37,609 nt of DNA from Selaginella moellendorffii (Eukaryota > Plantae > Lycopodiophyta). A model generated the notes under the pieces. It ran no database searches and was not told where the DNA came from. It was given only the letters and a program-made list of their open reading frames with translations. Location: NCBI RefSeq assembly GCF_000143415.4, contig NW_003314389.1:1-37609 (forward strand). Reading direction: 5' to 3'. Position 1 is the stretch's first letter. The number at the start of each line of letters is the position of its first letter. Shown here piece by piece: positions 12,180-23,000 of this stretch. A program made the position numbers and the translations under genes.

Positions 12180-13278
12180 ATTGTGTACATCAGCCCAGTT
12201 TGCGGCGTTGCCAATTGGCCGCTTCATGGCTGCACTATTGCCCACCAGGGTCTACTACACGGGCTCAGGGTTTTTCACTCAATCCAGGGCTCTTCATCAA
12301 GAAGGAGCGTCTTCATCACCATCTTCACCAATGTTGGCTCTGCAGTTGGGAATGGTGGTGTTTGTGCGGTCTTCATCATCGACTTACCATAACTTCCTAC
12401 AGGATGAAGTTCCATTTCTACAATGAGCTCTTGCTGGTGATCACCACTCAGGTAAGAAAACAAGCTTTTCTTGCTTGCTTTCCTTTGAAGTGTTTTGGTC
12501 GAAGTCAACTTGGATGGGCTGGTCTTTTGCGAAAGAATCTGGTGGAGCTACTATCTCGCGTGATTATATCATGAATACTATCTTGCGTGTTCGACAGGAC
12601 TTTGCATGACAAGGTAAGCGTTAAGGACCTGTCAAGGATCTAGTTCTTCCTCTCCTTTGTCTTTGCGTACTACGCACTCCCGTGCTACTTCCTCAGCATT
12701 CTCTCCTCCATCCCTGGGTTTGCTGGGCCTTCTCCATCTCGGTCCTGGCACAGCATCTCAGGTTGGGCTTCCAGAAGCTTGGCCTCGACTGGGATCTGCA
12801 CAGAAATCCTCTTGTCCTCTATTCTTCATCATCGCAAACGTCATCATGGGCTACATATCCTTATTGCTTACATAATGTTGTCAGCTTACTAATGGACCAA
12901 CTTCTACAATGCCAAGAAGTTTTCAAACTTCTCTAGCTACCTGTTTACGTCTAAGGGCCAGTTCTACGACATACACATGGACATGGAATTTTTTGAGTCT
13001 GTAGTTATTTGAACAAAGATCATGGTTTCTATCCATTGTCTCAATAAAGTGATTTTGACTTCAGAATTATGCTTTTACATCAGCTTTCCTTTCAAAGCTA
13101 TTTCTAAGAGTTCCATGGCATCTTTAAACGGATTGTAGTCAAAAATTACTTCAGCATGATTTGGATCAATTTGCATCGCTATTCCTTCTAGTCGAATTGG
13201 ATGCCATTCTCTAGGATTTATTTTCTGATGTAAATCCGTTAGTCTCTCTAGGAGCTTTTCCGACATGTTTCGATTCAT
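12180..13278 (-). pseudogene. Heavily degraded long reading frame of unknown origin
   Basis: More GC-rich, coding-like stretch. The frame containing ORF 12275-12508 extends in both directions through several TGA/TAG stops. No motif recognised. Confidence 0.3.
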
Positions 13279-13546
13279 GCGNNNNNNNNNNNNNNNNNNN
13301 NNNNNNNNNNNNNNNNNNNNNNNNNNNNNNNNNNNNNNNNNNNNNNNNNNNNNNNNNNNNNNNNNNNNNNNNNNNNNNNNNACTGCATTATACCGTTGGT
13401 TTTTGTTGTATAGATCCTCTGGATCTCATTTTTCTTTGGAAGCTCATTTCTTTTTCTAACTATTTTGCTGCTTAATTTTTCAGCTATGACAACCGCCAGG
13501 CCTGTGAAGTTAGTTGCCAGTTTCGGAATTCAATAAATGTTAATGT

Positions 13547-13896
13547 TCAATAATTACCTGAAGTGACATCTTCATTTCTATGGAACTTGCGGAAACGTCG
13601 AATTTTTCTTTCATATTCATCTATGAGCCTAGAACAGCCTTGTCTTGTGTCAAAACCATAAATATAATCTTCTGGTGCACATCCCATGACGTTTAGATAT
13701 CTAACCTGTTTATCATTAGGATAGAACCTACAGAAAAGAGAACAATATGAATCATACATCAAAGTATAATATCACACCTTTGGTTTATTTTTGTGTCACG
13801 ATTCCATTTTCGTTCTTTTGCCTTGTCATTCAAACTTTTCAGTGCTTCTTCCCATTTTTCATCTTCCCCCATTTGTATCTCTTGTGCTTCACTCAT
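13547..13896 (-). CDS. Small spliced orphan gene (5' exons), hypothetical protein
   Basis: ATG at 13896: MSEAQEIQMGEDEKWEEALKSLNDKAKERKWNRDTKINQR, then a ~50-bp GT-AG intron, then FYPNDKQVRYLNVMGCAPEDYIYGFDTRQGCSRLIDEYERKIRRFRKF, with no stops. The 3' end is unresolved. Confidence 0.5.
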
Positions 13897-14641
13897 GTTG
13901 CCGCTATGACCTAGATATGTAAGTACATGTCTTTTCATTTTTCTTACTTATGACACGTCATCTGCTGCATACGTTACAGTTTGGACAGTGTATGTTTAAG
14001 TTTTTGACATTGTCTAAAGTCGTAAAGTTATCATCAACATGATTGAAGCTTTGCAATTTTTTTTTACAGATGAATGGTCTTGTTTGGATGCTTTACATTC
14101 TTTGATCGGAATATGGTGGTTCTGGTATATAGCAGATTCTTATATATTAATGTTTCTGTAATAACATATTGTTCTTAAAAGGCTGGTATTCGTAGTAGAT
14201 TTCTTGCAAGCTCTGGTGAGAGTAGTGAGCTTTGTTACAATAAAAAGATGTAGATGTTCACCTGTTGTGGCATAGCAGTTTTTAGGTTTCTGCTAGCTCA
14301 GTTCTTAATTAATATAGTAGTACATGTTTTATACATTTTAATTAATAAATTTTATGTTAATTATTTAATATTTGAATCTATATTCGTCATACCTAACACT
14401 AGTTGCTCAATCAAATTTTATTTGGGCTTTTCTGTTCCCATTCTCAATGTTCTTCATGATCTTTCATGCTATAAATAGGTATATATATTTATTAAATATA
14501 AATATATGCTTGTTTATAGGATGATTAATTCCACATATACTTGCTATAAGGAACATGATGTTAACATTAACATATTTAGACGTAAAATAAGGGTTAAAAA
14601 TAATTAAACATAAACTAAGGTTTTAAAACACATCTCCTAGG

Positions 14642-15215
14642 ATACATCACCACTATTTGGTGGTAATACTCCTACCTGCTTCGGTGATAGCGCTCTATTG
14701 CATGTAATTATGCTACAGTGCATTGTCAAGTGAGCCGTGAGACTACAATTGAATCGGAGTGCCCACGCTCATCATGGGAATGGCCACCACACTTATCTCC
14801 GTGATATATTCTTCAGAGTCTTTGACCACTTTCCTGTCTTTGCCAGCTCCTCATCGCAAGGAAGGTAACATTAGAGCAAGGTTGTGATTTTTCTACTCAA
14901 TTCTTCTTCCAGAAGCTCCTTTGCAACCTTTGCTCTCAAAGGGAGATTTCAAAAACAGCAACAAACTAAGCAGCACTGGATCTGAGCACGACTTCAACGA
15001 AGTAAAGAAGCTGTCCCAGCACCGTCTTGTCACGTACATCTACTCATTCTTTTATCTTTTTGCAAGTATCTACTTGGCTATGTTGCTCACTAGACCGGGA
15101 TGCTATTAACGTTGGCTAGCTTTCAAAATGGGTCCAGATTGGCACAATGTGGTTCACAGCGGCACTATACATTTTGTTGCTCATAGCTTCACTCATTTTT
15201 TCAGCGCTGTTATAT
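14642..15215 (+). pseudogene. Captured C-terminal fragment of a Serinc (serine incorporator/TDE) membrane protein gene
   Basis: LLPASVIALYCM*LCYSALSSEP*DY, LIMGMATTLISVIYS, VTYIYSFFYLFASIYLAMLLT, INVG*..WVQIGTMWFTAALY. One intron. Several stops and deletions. Confidence 0.88.
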
Positions 15216-15306
15216 ACATATCACATGGGCTGTTCCTTCATTTCCCTTTTTTATCTTATAAAAAACATAAGCATGAAGCATCACTTGTTTCTTTTTTCCT
15301 ATGAAT

Positions 15307-15600
15307 CTACAGTGGTGTTCTGCTTCCAGGGTCTTTATCAATTTTTTGCACTGAAGCAGTGAGATTTCCATCTTTATCTATGTTTATAGTGGATATGTCT
15401 CCGATTTCACTTCCATGATTCTTTAAGAATATCTGCCAGTTTGTATTGGTCTCAAATATGTTGTCGTTTTTTGTACCAGAGCACAGTTTGAACATGAATT
15501 CAGATGTTTCATCGAACACACAGATAATGTTTTGATTGTTGCAGCGGAAACAGTCTTCCGTAGTTTTTCTTGTCAATTCGTTTGGAAACTCCTAGTGGTT
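15307..15600 (-). CDS. Possible B3-like DNA-binding domain fragment
   Basis: RKTTEDCF..ICVFDE..FMFKL....N....NWQIFLKNHGSEIGDISTINIDKDGNL resembles the B3 pattern W..FVK.NGL..GD.I.F..D..G.L. Confidence 0.45.
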
Positions 15601-15738
15601 TTCAAATATTTTTTTCTACAAATTATAAAATACAACACGCATACATACCATCAACAAAACGCCTTTGCAGAAGTGGAAAGGACGAAGAATGAATGAAAAA
15701 TTCATTCTATTTGACCTAAACCTAACTACCAGTTTCAC

Positions 15739-17147
15739 ATGGAAAAGAACTTTGTTCCCCCCAATCTACCCAGAGATGTAGTTTTCAGAATTGCAGAAAG
15801 CAATGGCTTTTGTAGCGCAGTTTTTTCATGTGTAGCTAAAGAATTTTACATGGAATTTCAAAGTGATAGAATTTGGCAATTGCATTGTGAACAGGATTTT
15901 TCTGTCTACATGTGTACAGATTACGAAGGTAGACACTGCAGAACGTACAAGGTTTGTATTTTCACTTATTTGCTTAAAACAAATGTCAAACTTTGCTACA
16001 GGAAACTTACAAGAGTTGGTTCAATGTGTTCAAACGCTACAATTATAATATTACCTCTGTAACCAGAAAGTTGTGCCTTAAAATACGAAGCTTCCTCAGA
16101 TTTAAAGGTTTTGAGTACATGTCAACCAAAGGTTTACCAAATAACGTCATAAATGAAGCGGAGGCAATTTTGAATGTCAACCTTCCAAATTCTTTAAGAT
16201 GTCTACTGCTTTCTATGGATGGTCAGCCTGAAAATTGTATCATCAGTGGTTTACAGCATCAAGAATACAGATGTTTTATTGGTACTTATTGGACCTGCAA
16301 TACATTTATATGCTCGAAATTACTTTCACTCCGAGAGATTTGCTTGTTCACCATAGACTTGAGATTATCTGTGCCTTGTTTCCCTGCTAACTTGGTATCA
16401 TTTGGTTGCTCGTTGGATGCTTCAAAAATTTACTTTATAAATGTTCATTCAGGTAATGTAAACTGAACGTTAAAGAAGTCTCATTAGTAATTGGCTGAAC
16501 AGGTGATATTTTCATAACTTCAAAAGATTTCAGACTCAATTCTGAAGTTATGCTGTGTACACCTATATCTGTTTGTGGTGAGATGTCACTCATTTGCTGG
16601 CTTGCAAAGCTTTCATCTAATCTGCATACTGGAAAATCTCGTTTAATTCAAAACCCCATTAAAGCTATATTTCAAGGTGGTTTGGCAGCAAATAGACTGT
16701 ATCATGTAAGGCTTTACCAGTTTGTTCTTTGCTAATTCATTGTGTCTATGTCCTTTAGCATGGTTGTGTACCAATACCGAAGTTGTCATCCTTTGCTAGT
16801 GATGAGTTTACATATGTAGCATTTATATGCATAGATTCAGAATACCTCTCGCTGTACAACAACATATACCTTTGTGCATCACACAAGTCAAAAAGTAATG
16901 TTAATGATACTCTTTTGCACAAATTTAGCATATGGTTTGGTTCTCAAGAGGTAAGCATCTTTACTTGGTATTATATAGATGATAAATTAGTGTACAGGAG
17001 TATTGCTATGATGGAAGAACATATGGTGTCATGACTAAAACATTTACATTGGAAGTTCCACTATGCACTGTGTGGGTTGCATGCAAGTCGAAATCAGAAA
17101 CTTTGACTAAATCCCTGGATGTATCTTTTTTGGATTATATGTTTTAA
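15739..17147 (+). CDS. Divergent SKIP16-like F-box protein (F-box + SMI1/KNR4-like + degenerate ApaG region), apparently intact, ~402 aa
   Basis: Exons 15739-15951, 16002-16452, 16503-16705, 16759-16950 and 16998-17147 are joined by 47-53 bp GT-AG introns into one stop-free frame. Motifs: LPRDVVFRI..SCVAK..SDRIWQLHCEQD, YKSW...F..Y, EAEAILNVNLP..LR.L....DGQ, LLSLREI, KIYFINVHSG, LICWL, and terminal DYMF* (cf. SKIP16 DYIF*). Confidence 0.8.
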
Positions 17148-17228
17148 AGCAGTTACATTATCGTTTCATAATATTATATTCACTTTGATACTCCTCTCCC
17201 ATTTAGTATTGTCTCTCTTTGACCTAAA

Positions 17229-17456
17229 ATGGAACAGAAGGCCCATAAATGTCCTTTTGGCAGCTCTGTTTGCACGAGATACGAGGATTGCTTGCTCTGT
17301 GGATTCCAGAATTGTGCAAAGTCATATAAGATTTGTAATTCATTCAAGCGATGTGAATATTGTTTGTTTAAAAAAGCTGTTCTGAAATTTCAAGATCAGC
17401 ATGGAGTCCAAGAGAAAGATGCTTTGAAGGAAGTTTCAAAAGCTTGGAATTCGTAA
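17229..17456 (+). CDS. 75-aa Cys-rich hypothetical protein with HMG/YABBY-like C-terminal helices
   Basis: Intact ATG-stop ORF with 8 Cys (including CLLC and CEYC), then LFKKAVLKFQDQHGVQEKDALKEVSKAW. Confidence 0.4.
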   Translation: MEQKAHKCPFGSSVCTRYEDCLLCGFQNCAKSYKICNSFKRCEYCLFKKAVLKFQDQHGVQEKDALKEVSKAWNS

Positions 17457-17851
17457 CTAAAAATTTGCAAGTATCATGTAATCACCAAAGTCATCAAACC
17501 ATGCTCATTGGCTTTGGCAACTAATTCATTTTATGTTCTAGCTTTTTCTTGGGGACGATTTACCAACTACTACATCTATTTGACATTTCTTCCCAACTAC
17601 ATCACATTTTTCTGGAGTTTTGTCTGTGGCATTTGATTGTTACCTGTCCAACACCTCGATTTGATGGTGAGTAACCTTTACCTTGCAATAGACTGTAGTG
17701 ATTGGACATTGGCTCCTATCGCAAACCACCCCAATTTGAGCTGTTAGTAGTTTCTGTCACAACAAATAAATCTGTAGCATGTGGATTTGCCCATCAAGGA
17801 GAAGTGGTGCCAAGAGAACCCGGGCAGTGTATACCAAGCTCCAAGTGAGGC

Positions 17852-20800
17852 TTAGAAGCAAGCTCGTGAATGTGTTATTAATGTATTGAATAGAAATGAT
17901 TTTCCTGTTCCTCCTACATCATCGATAGAAAATATTTGTGGTTCATTTTTATCATCCAATGCTTTACATACTTTGTCAAAGACATATTGTTGATCTTTAT
18001 TCAGTAACAATTTGTTTCTTTCAATATCTTGGTATTCAAACATTTCATTCTCATATATGTTGGTTCTTTCTTTATTATTTTCTAGATATGTAGTACATGA
18101 TATAGTAATATCATAATCTGAAAGGCATTTCCCATGTTGTTCTAGTAAAAGAGACAACTCTTGAAGTGCATGTGCATATGCTACATCCTCATCATTGTAT
18201 TTACGTATTAAATCCTCACACATATCTACTTTGTATTTATTCCATAATTTTTTAGGATCATTAACCTCACAAAAGAGACACATTATTCCAAATAAATATC
18301 TAATTTTAGAAGGCATTTGAAATGTGAGAGACTCCTCTAGACATCTATCCCATTCTTGGTCATCCTGTAATAATCCCATCGTTTGTGCAACTTCTCGATA
18401 GCTATCATATTGTATGTTTTTCCAATTACGTAAATGTTTAAAACTTGTTGCACCTTTATTATACAACAATAATAATCGCATATAAAATCGTTCACTATCT
18501 TTCGGTGGTACAGTGTACATTCTACCTATAACTTTCCAACCTCGTTGTCTTTTTACCCATGTTTTGTTTTTTGCATTCCAACTATACCATTCCGGAATTT
18601 CTGGATATGTTAAAGTTCTTGCAAATTCATCTCTTTTATTCAATTCAAACCATTCAGTAAGTTTTGTTCTATGACCTTTCTCTAATGCAATTTCTTCTTC
18701 ACCTTCATTGAAGTAAACACTTTGCAAATTTGGTAAGTGCACATCTAATCTTTCAATTGAATGTGATCTTCCATGTAAATCATATCCAAATAACCTCCAC
18801 ATTCCTTCAGCAGTTGATACATAACGGCAATTTTTGAATGCATTTATTTCATTCCAATCAAGAATATTCTCTTTCTCTGTGTTTCCTTCTTTGTGAAAGT
18901 GTATCTCTGCACAATCATGGCCTTTATATATATATTTAAAAATATATTTCACACTTTTCACAGTTGAGCAAACCTCTACATTAATATGAGTTTTATATTT
19001 ACGCAAAAGATACTTACTATAAGGAACAACAAACCTATTATCAATTTCATTATTTTTAATGTAGATTTTATGACTATCATAACGTCTTTTATACTCTGGG
19101 AATTGGCCACTGATATTTTTTGTCTCTTCATAGTAATCTCATGGATATCGAGATTTACATTCACCTTTTTTGTAACATGGACTTTCAGGAAATCCAGGAC
19201 CACATGGACCATGTATCATATGTTTTTTCACAAGTTCATACAATTCAGGATCACTGTTTGGGTCTGGTATTTCTGCACTAACAATGTTGTCTACATCATC
19301 TACGGTTTTGATTTTATTCTCATTTTTAAGAATTACAAGTAGATGACAATGTGGTAGTCCTCGTTTTTGGTACTCAATTACATACACATATGCATTAACT
19401 TTTCCAAATATTTCTTCTTTGTATATGTCATCTATAAGTTTTTGTTTTTTAGCATGGAAAACACGTGCTACCAAATCTGGTCTGTCTGAAGAACTTTGTC
19501 CTAGTAATAAATTCTCAGTTATCTCTTGCCATTTTGGGTTACACGTCATCGTAATAAATAAATCAGGTTTTCCATATTTTCTTACTAAGCTCATAGCGTC
19601 TTGATAATTTTGATTCATATTTCTCGGTCCACCGATAAATCCTGATGGCAAAATCACAAGTTTTCCAGCATGTATCCCTTGTTGTTCTGCTCTGTTTATA
19701 ACAAAATCAGAAAGACCTCCGTATGCTTCAGCTCTTAATTCTCGTTGATGGTTTTTTATCCAATCAAGACGACCACCCTCTACTTTAGTGTACATGTCAA
19801 CCATGTATTGTTGGGATAATTTTCCACCCATTAAAACCGAATTAAATTCAATAATCTTAATACTATCTCTTATTAAACCACGAATAGCAAACTTGTAGCG
19901 ATAATACTCCATCATTGTTATCTTAGTTTTTTTTAAAGACAAACCCTTGTCTGTGTATTTTAAATCTGGTGACCAGCCTTCATTTCCATTTGGAAAAAGC
20001 AGTGGATATACCATAGGATCACAACATGATGTCACAATTGATATCTCTTGCATACTTTCACCTTTCGGATGTATTGCAATACTACAGTTAAATGGAGGCT
20101 CCCCAGTAGGGTTTGTAAACACTGCAGGAACTTCATTTGAATTTGGTGCATTATATCTTCTTGGATCTATTGTATTTTCACCTTTTATATACATTACAAT
20201 ATTATGTAGTCCATTATTTATATTTGAACTTGTCATATGAAGCTCATCTTCCACATCTTTTAGCATTTTAAATGCCTTTGCATATGGATTAATTTCTCGT
20301 AATAAAGCATCTAATTCATTCATCAGTGTTGTATCACATTTACTGTTATATTTACTTTTCATTCTTGTTTCTGTAGCTTCTAGTGTGTCTAAAATATAAA
20401 GTTGAGAATATTTTGCATCATGACCTTGCTTAGGACGGAAACTGCCAATTGAATGATATACTTGTCCATGAATTTTGAAATAATATGGTCCATTGCCAAT
20501 CAGTTCATCAATATTTGCCCCCATAGATGCAAATGCCAAAGCACTATTATAATTTCGAATTAATTCTTTGAATTTTCCTCATTGGTCTGTTCCATCTAAT
20601 AATTTACAAATCAGTTCAGGGAACTCATTTTGTTTTTCTATAGACACACGTCCACCATGACAGCATTGTGATTGTGTTACTGAAGCAAAAAGAAAAGCTT
20701 TACAATAGTCACAATGTTTGTCCATGAGTCCAATATAATCTACTTTACATTTACCGTCTATGTTGTTTTGCAAGAGTCCTAAATGTTTAGTGTTTTCCAT

Positions 20801-21055
20801 GCTCTCGGTTTCATTTCCAAGATTTACTTCATTAACAGGTAGGGTAATAATTTCAAAAGTGTTTCTAAAAGTCTTTTCTATGGGTATCAATCTTGGAATT
20901 GTTGGGGGTTCTTCAAAGGATACCAGGTTTCTCACACTTACATCCATGCTTCTATTCATATATAGAGATGAATTCAAAGTTGTTGAACTTTTTTTTATTA
21001 TACAGCCTTCATGTAAAATTAGATCACATGTTTTCCTCTTTCTTTTGCCGCCCAT
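17852..21055 (-). pseudogene. Helitron Rep/helicase (HUH Y2 Rep + start of PIF1 helicase), two in-frame TGA stops, truncated just after Walker A
   Basis: ORFs 20579-21055, 19139-20539 and 17852-19006 share one frame, with stops at 20579 and 19139. Zn finger CDYC..CCHGG. Rep motifs PDLFITMTCNPKW, YVIEYQKRGLPHCHLL, HMIHGPCG and KYIFKYIYKGHD. GGTGKSFL is followed by loss of homology. Confidence 0.97.
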
Positions 21056-21559
21056 TGATCTGTAGGAGATTTTACAATCTCTTTTAGAAAATAGAAGCTT
21101 AGACAGCGTGTGCAGGCTCTAGATGGTGAAAATAAGTAAATAGACTAATAGCCAAACCACAAGAAAATAGAAGCACACTGAAACAAAGTGCTGGCAGAAG
21201 CACAGCTCCTTAATATGATGCTTGGGGTCCCTATACTTTGGAGCAGAACAACATTACAAAGCCGGGAAAAACAAAGCTCAGGAAACATAGAAACAAAATT
21301 ACCTCTTGACAAATGCGAAAGCAACCTAATTGTGTAGTCCTTTTTTCTATGATTTGAAACAGTTTTTCTTAGCCTACGTGTCTGTTTAGGTACACTCTCG
21401 AAAAGCCTTTGACAGTAAAGAGTTTTGCCACAGCTTTTTCTGTCAATCATTTTTTCATTTGGGGCAGAATCATTGCACTTGGGGATAAAAAATTACAGAG
21501 TCATACCGATATGATAGCCCGGGTTAAAAGATTACAGAGGGTGAATCTCTTTTGGCAAG

Positions 21560-21935
21560 ATGACCGGGGAAAAACTCAGTATCATGGCTCTCTATGGTGG
21601 CACGATGGCAAGCTTGAGCAGGCAAAGTACAAGAGGCCCATGTAAATGATGTGAAACTCCATGGTGATGGGCTTTGCTCTCTAGACAAGGACGGGAAGCT
21701 CTAGAGCTCTTCCATGCCATGGCCTTGAAATAGGAGGAGATCGCTTTCGTGAACGTGTGGCAGTACTTGGAGTCTGCAGCCATGGCTTGAATCTCACTGC
21801 AGATCGCTTCAGCAGCATGTGTTTGCAAGGGCCGGGAAGCTGAAGGATTCCAAGGGGATGCTGGGCAAGAGGAGTGAGAGAGTCTGCTGGTAGCTTGTCG
21901 AATGTACTGGGATCTAAGCACTGCTTTGCAAACGG
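21560..21935 (+). pseudogene. PLS-class pentatricopeptide-repeat (PPR) gene fragment
   Basis: GKLEQAK, *NSMVMGFA, GREALELFHAMAL, IAFVNV..LGVCSHG and ESLLVACRMY, across frameshifts and stops. Confidence 0.75.
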
Positions 21936-22744
21936 CACAGGAGTTTGGTGGTNNNNNNNNNNNNNNNNNNNNNNNNNNNNNNNNNNNNNNNNNNNNNNNN
22001 NNNNNNNNNNNNNNNNNNNNNNNNNNNNNNNNNNNNNNNNNNNNNNNNNNNNGTATAATTGGGAGATGTTTTGATATATTTGAGTGTGTATTTCTTTAAA
22101 AGGAGTGGAAGCTTTAAAGACACAGCTTTTCAAAACTTGGTTTGTTTTTTTTTCTTTCTTTCTTTCTTTCTATTCTTGTTTTCATCTCTCATTTTTTTCA
22201 AAACATCAAAGGCCTACATATGAATGAATGATTGTTTTGGAAGTTAGCTGTATCGTTCTCTTGTGCTATTTGACACATTTCTTGTCGCCATTTCCAATGG
22301 GGCTTTTGCAAATGCAGGGGTAAGCTGTAGGTGTGTGTCTGACCTCATCTCCAGATAATGTAAATGCCGGAGAATATTTTTTTTGGTGTGTCTGCTCTTG
22401 GATCCAATGCTTGTGAAGGCGCTTCCGTTTTTCTTGCTCATCTGTCTCACGCTCACTGAATAATCATCCTCTGACACCTTAAGAACGCATTAGCAGTTGA
22501 TCCACACAACAAAACAAAAAACGGTGCTATTGCAAAAATCTAGAGACAATGTGATCCCAGAGCCAGCCAACGCAGATCCTAGGCTCTGCCCTTGATGCTC
22601 ATGGCAATCCGCTGCAATTGGAGGGAAAAGAGAAAAAACTCAGTTAAAACTGAATCTTACAAGTACAAAACCAAACAAAGAAAAATGCTACCTGTACACT
22701 GGTTTGGAGAGCTTGATCAACGTATTTTAGTGGTTGTTTCTCAT

Positions 22745-23000
22745 TTGAAGAGTTCCCCTGCAGGATAAAAGTCTTTTGCTAAGCAAACATGAGTCGTAAT
22801 CTGCAAGGAAAAAGTCAATTTAGAAAGCAAGATCAATTCCCGAATCTCTCTTTCAGCACATGCGCAATTAACCTGTTCAAAAGATCAGTGCAAGTTTAAA
22901 GTCAGAAATATCACATTGTTTCTGCTGATTATGACGCTCTTATCCATGCTCTTCATGGCAAATACTGGCAGGAACCTTTCAACTCTACTAAATTTACACT
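22745..23000 (-). pseudogene. Phototropin/AGCVIII kinase-domain fragment
   Basis: SVNLVELKGS, FAMKSMDKSVIISRN, intron, VNCACAEREI, then TTHVCLAKDFYPAGELF. This matches phototropin subdomains I-V (VHLVELKG..AMKAM..NRNKVHRAC.ERE..THVCLITDFCPGGELF). Confidence 0.8.

Noticed and set aside
18986-21087. Plus-strand ORFs overlapping RepHel (and similar ones over the RPA genes)
   Set aside because: Antisense shadows of genuine minus-strand coding sequence.
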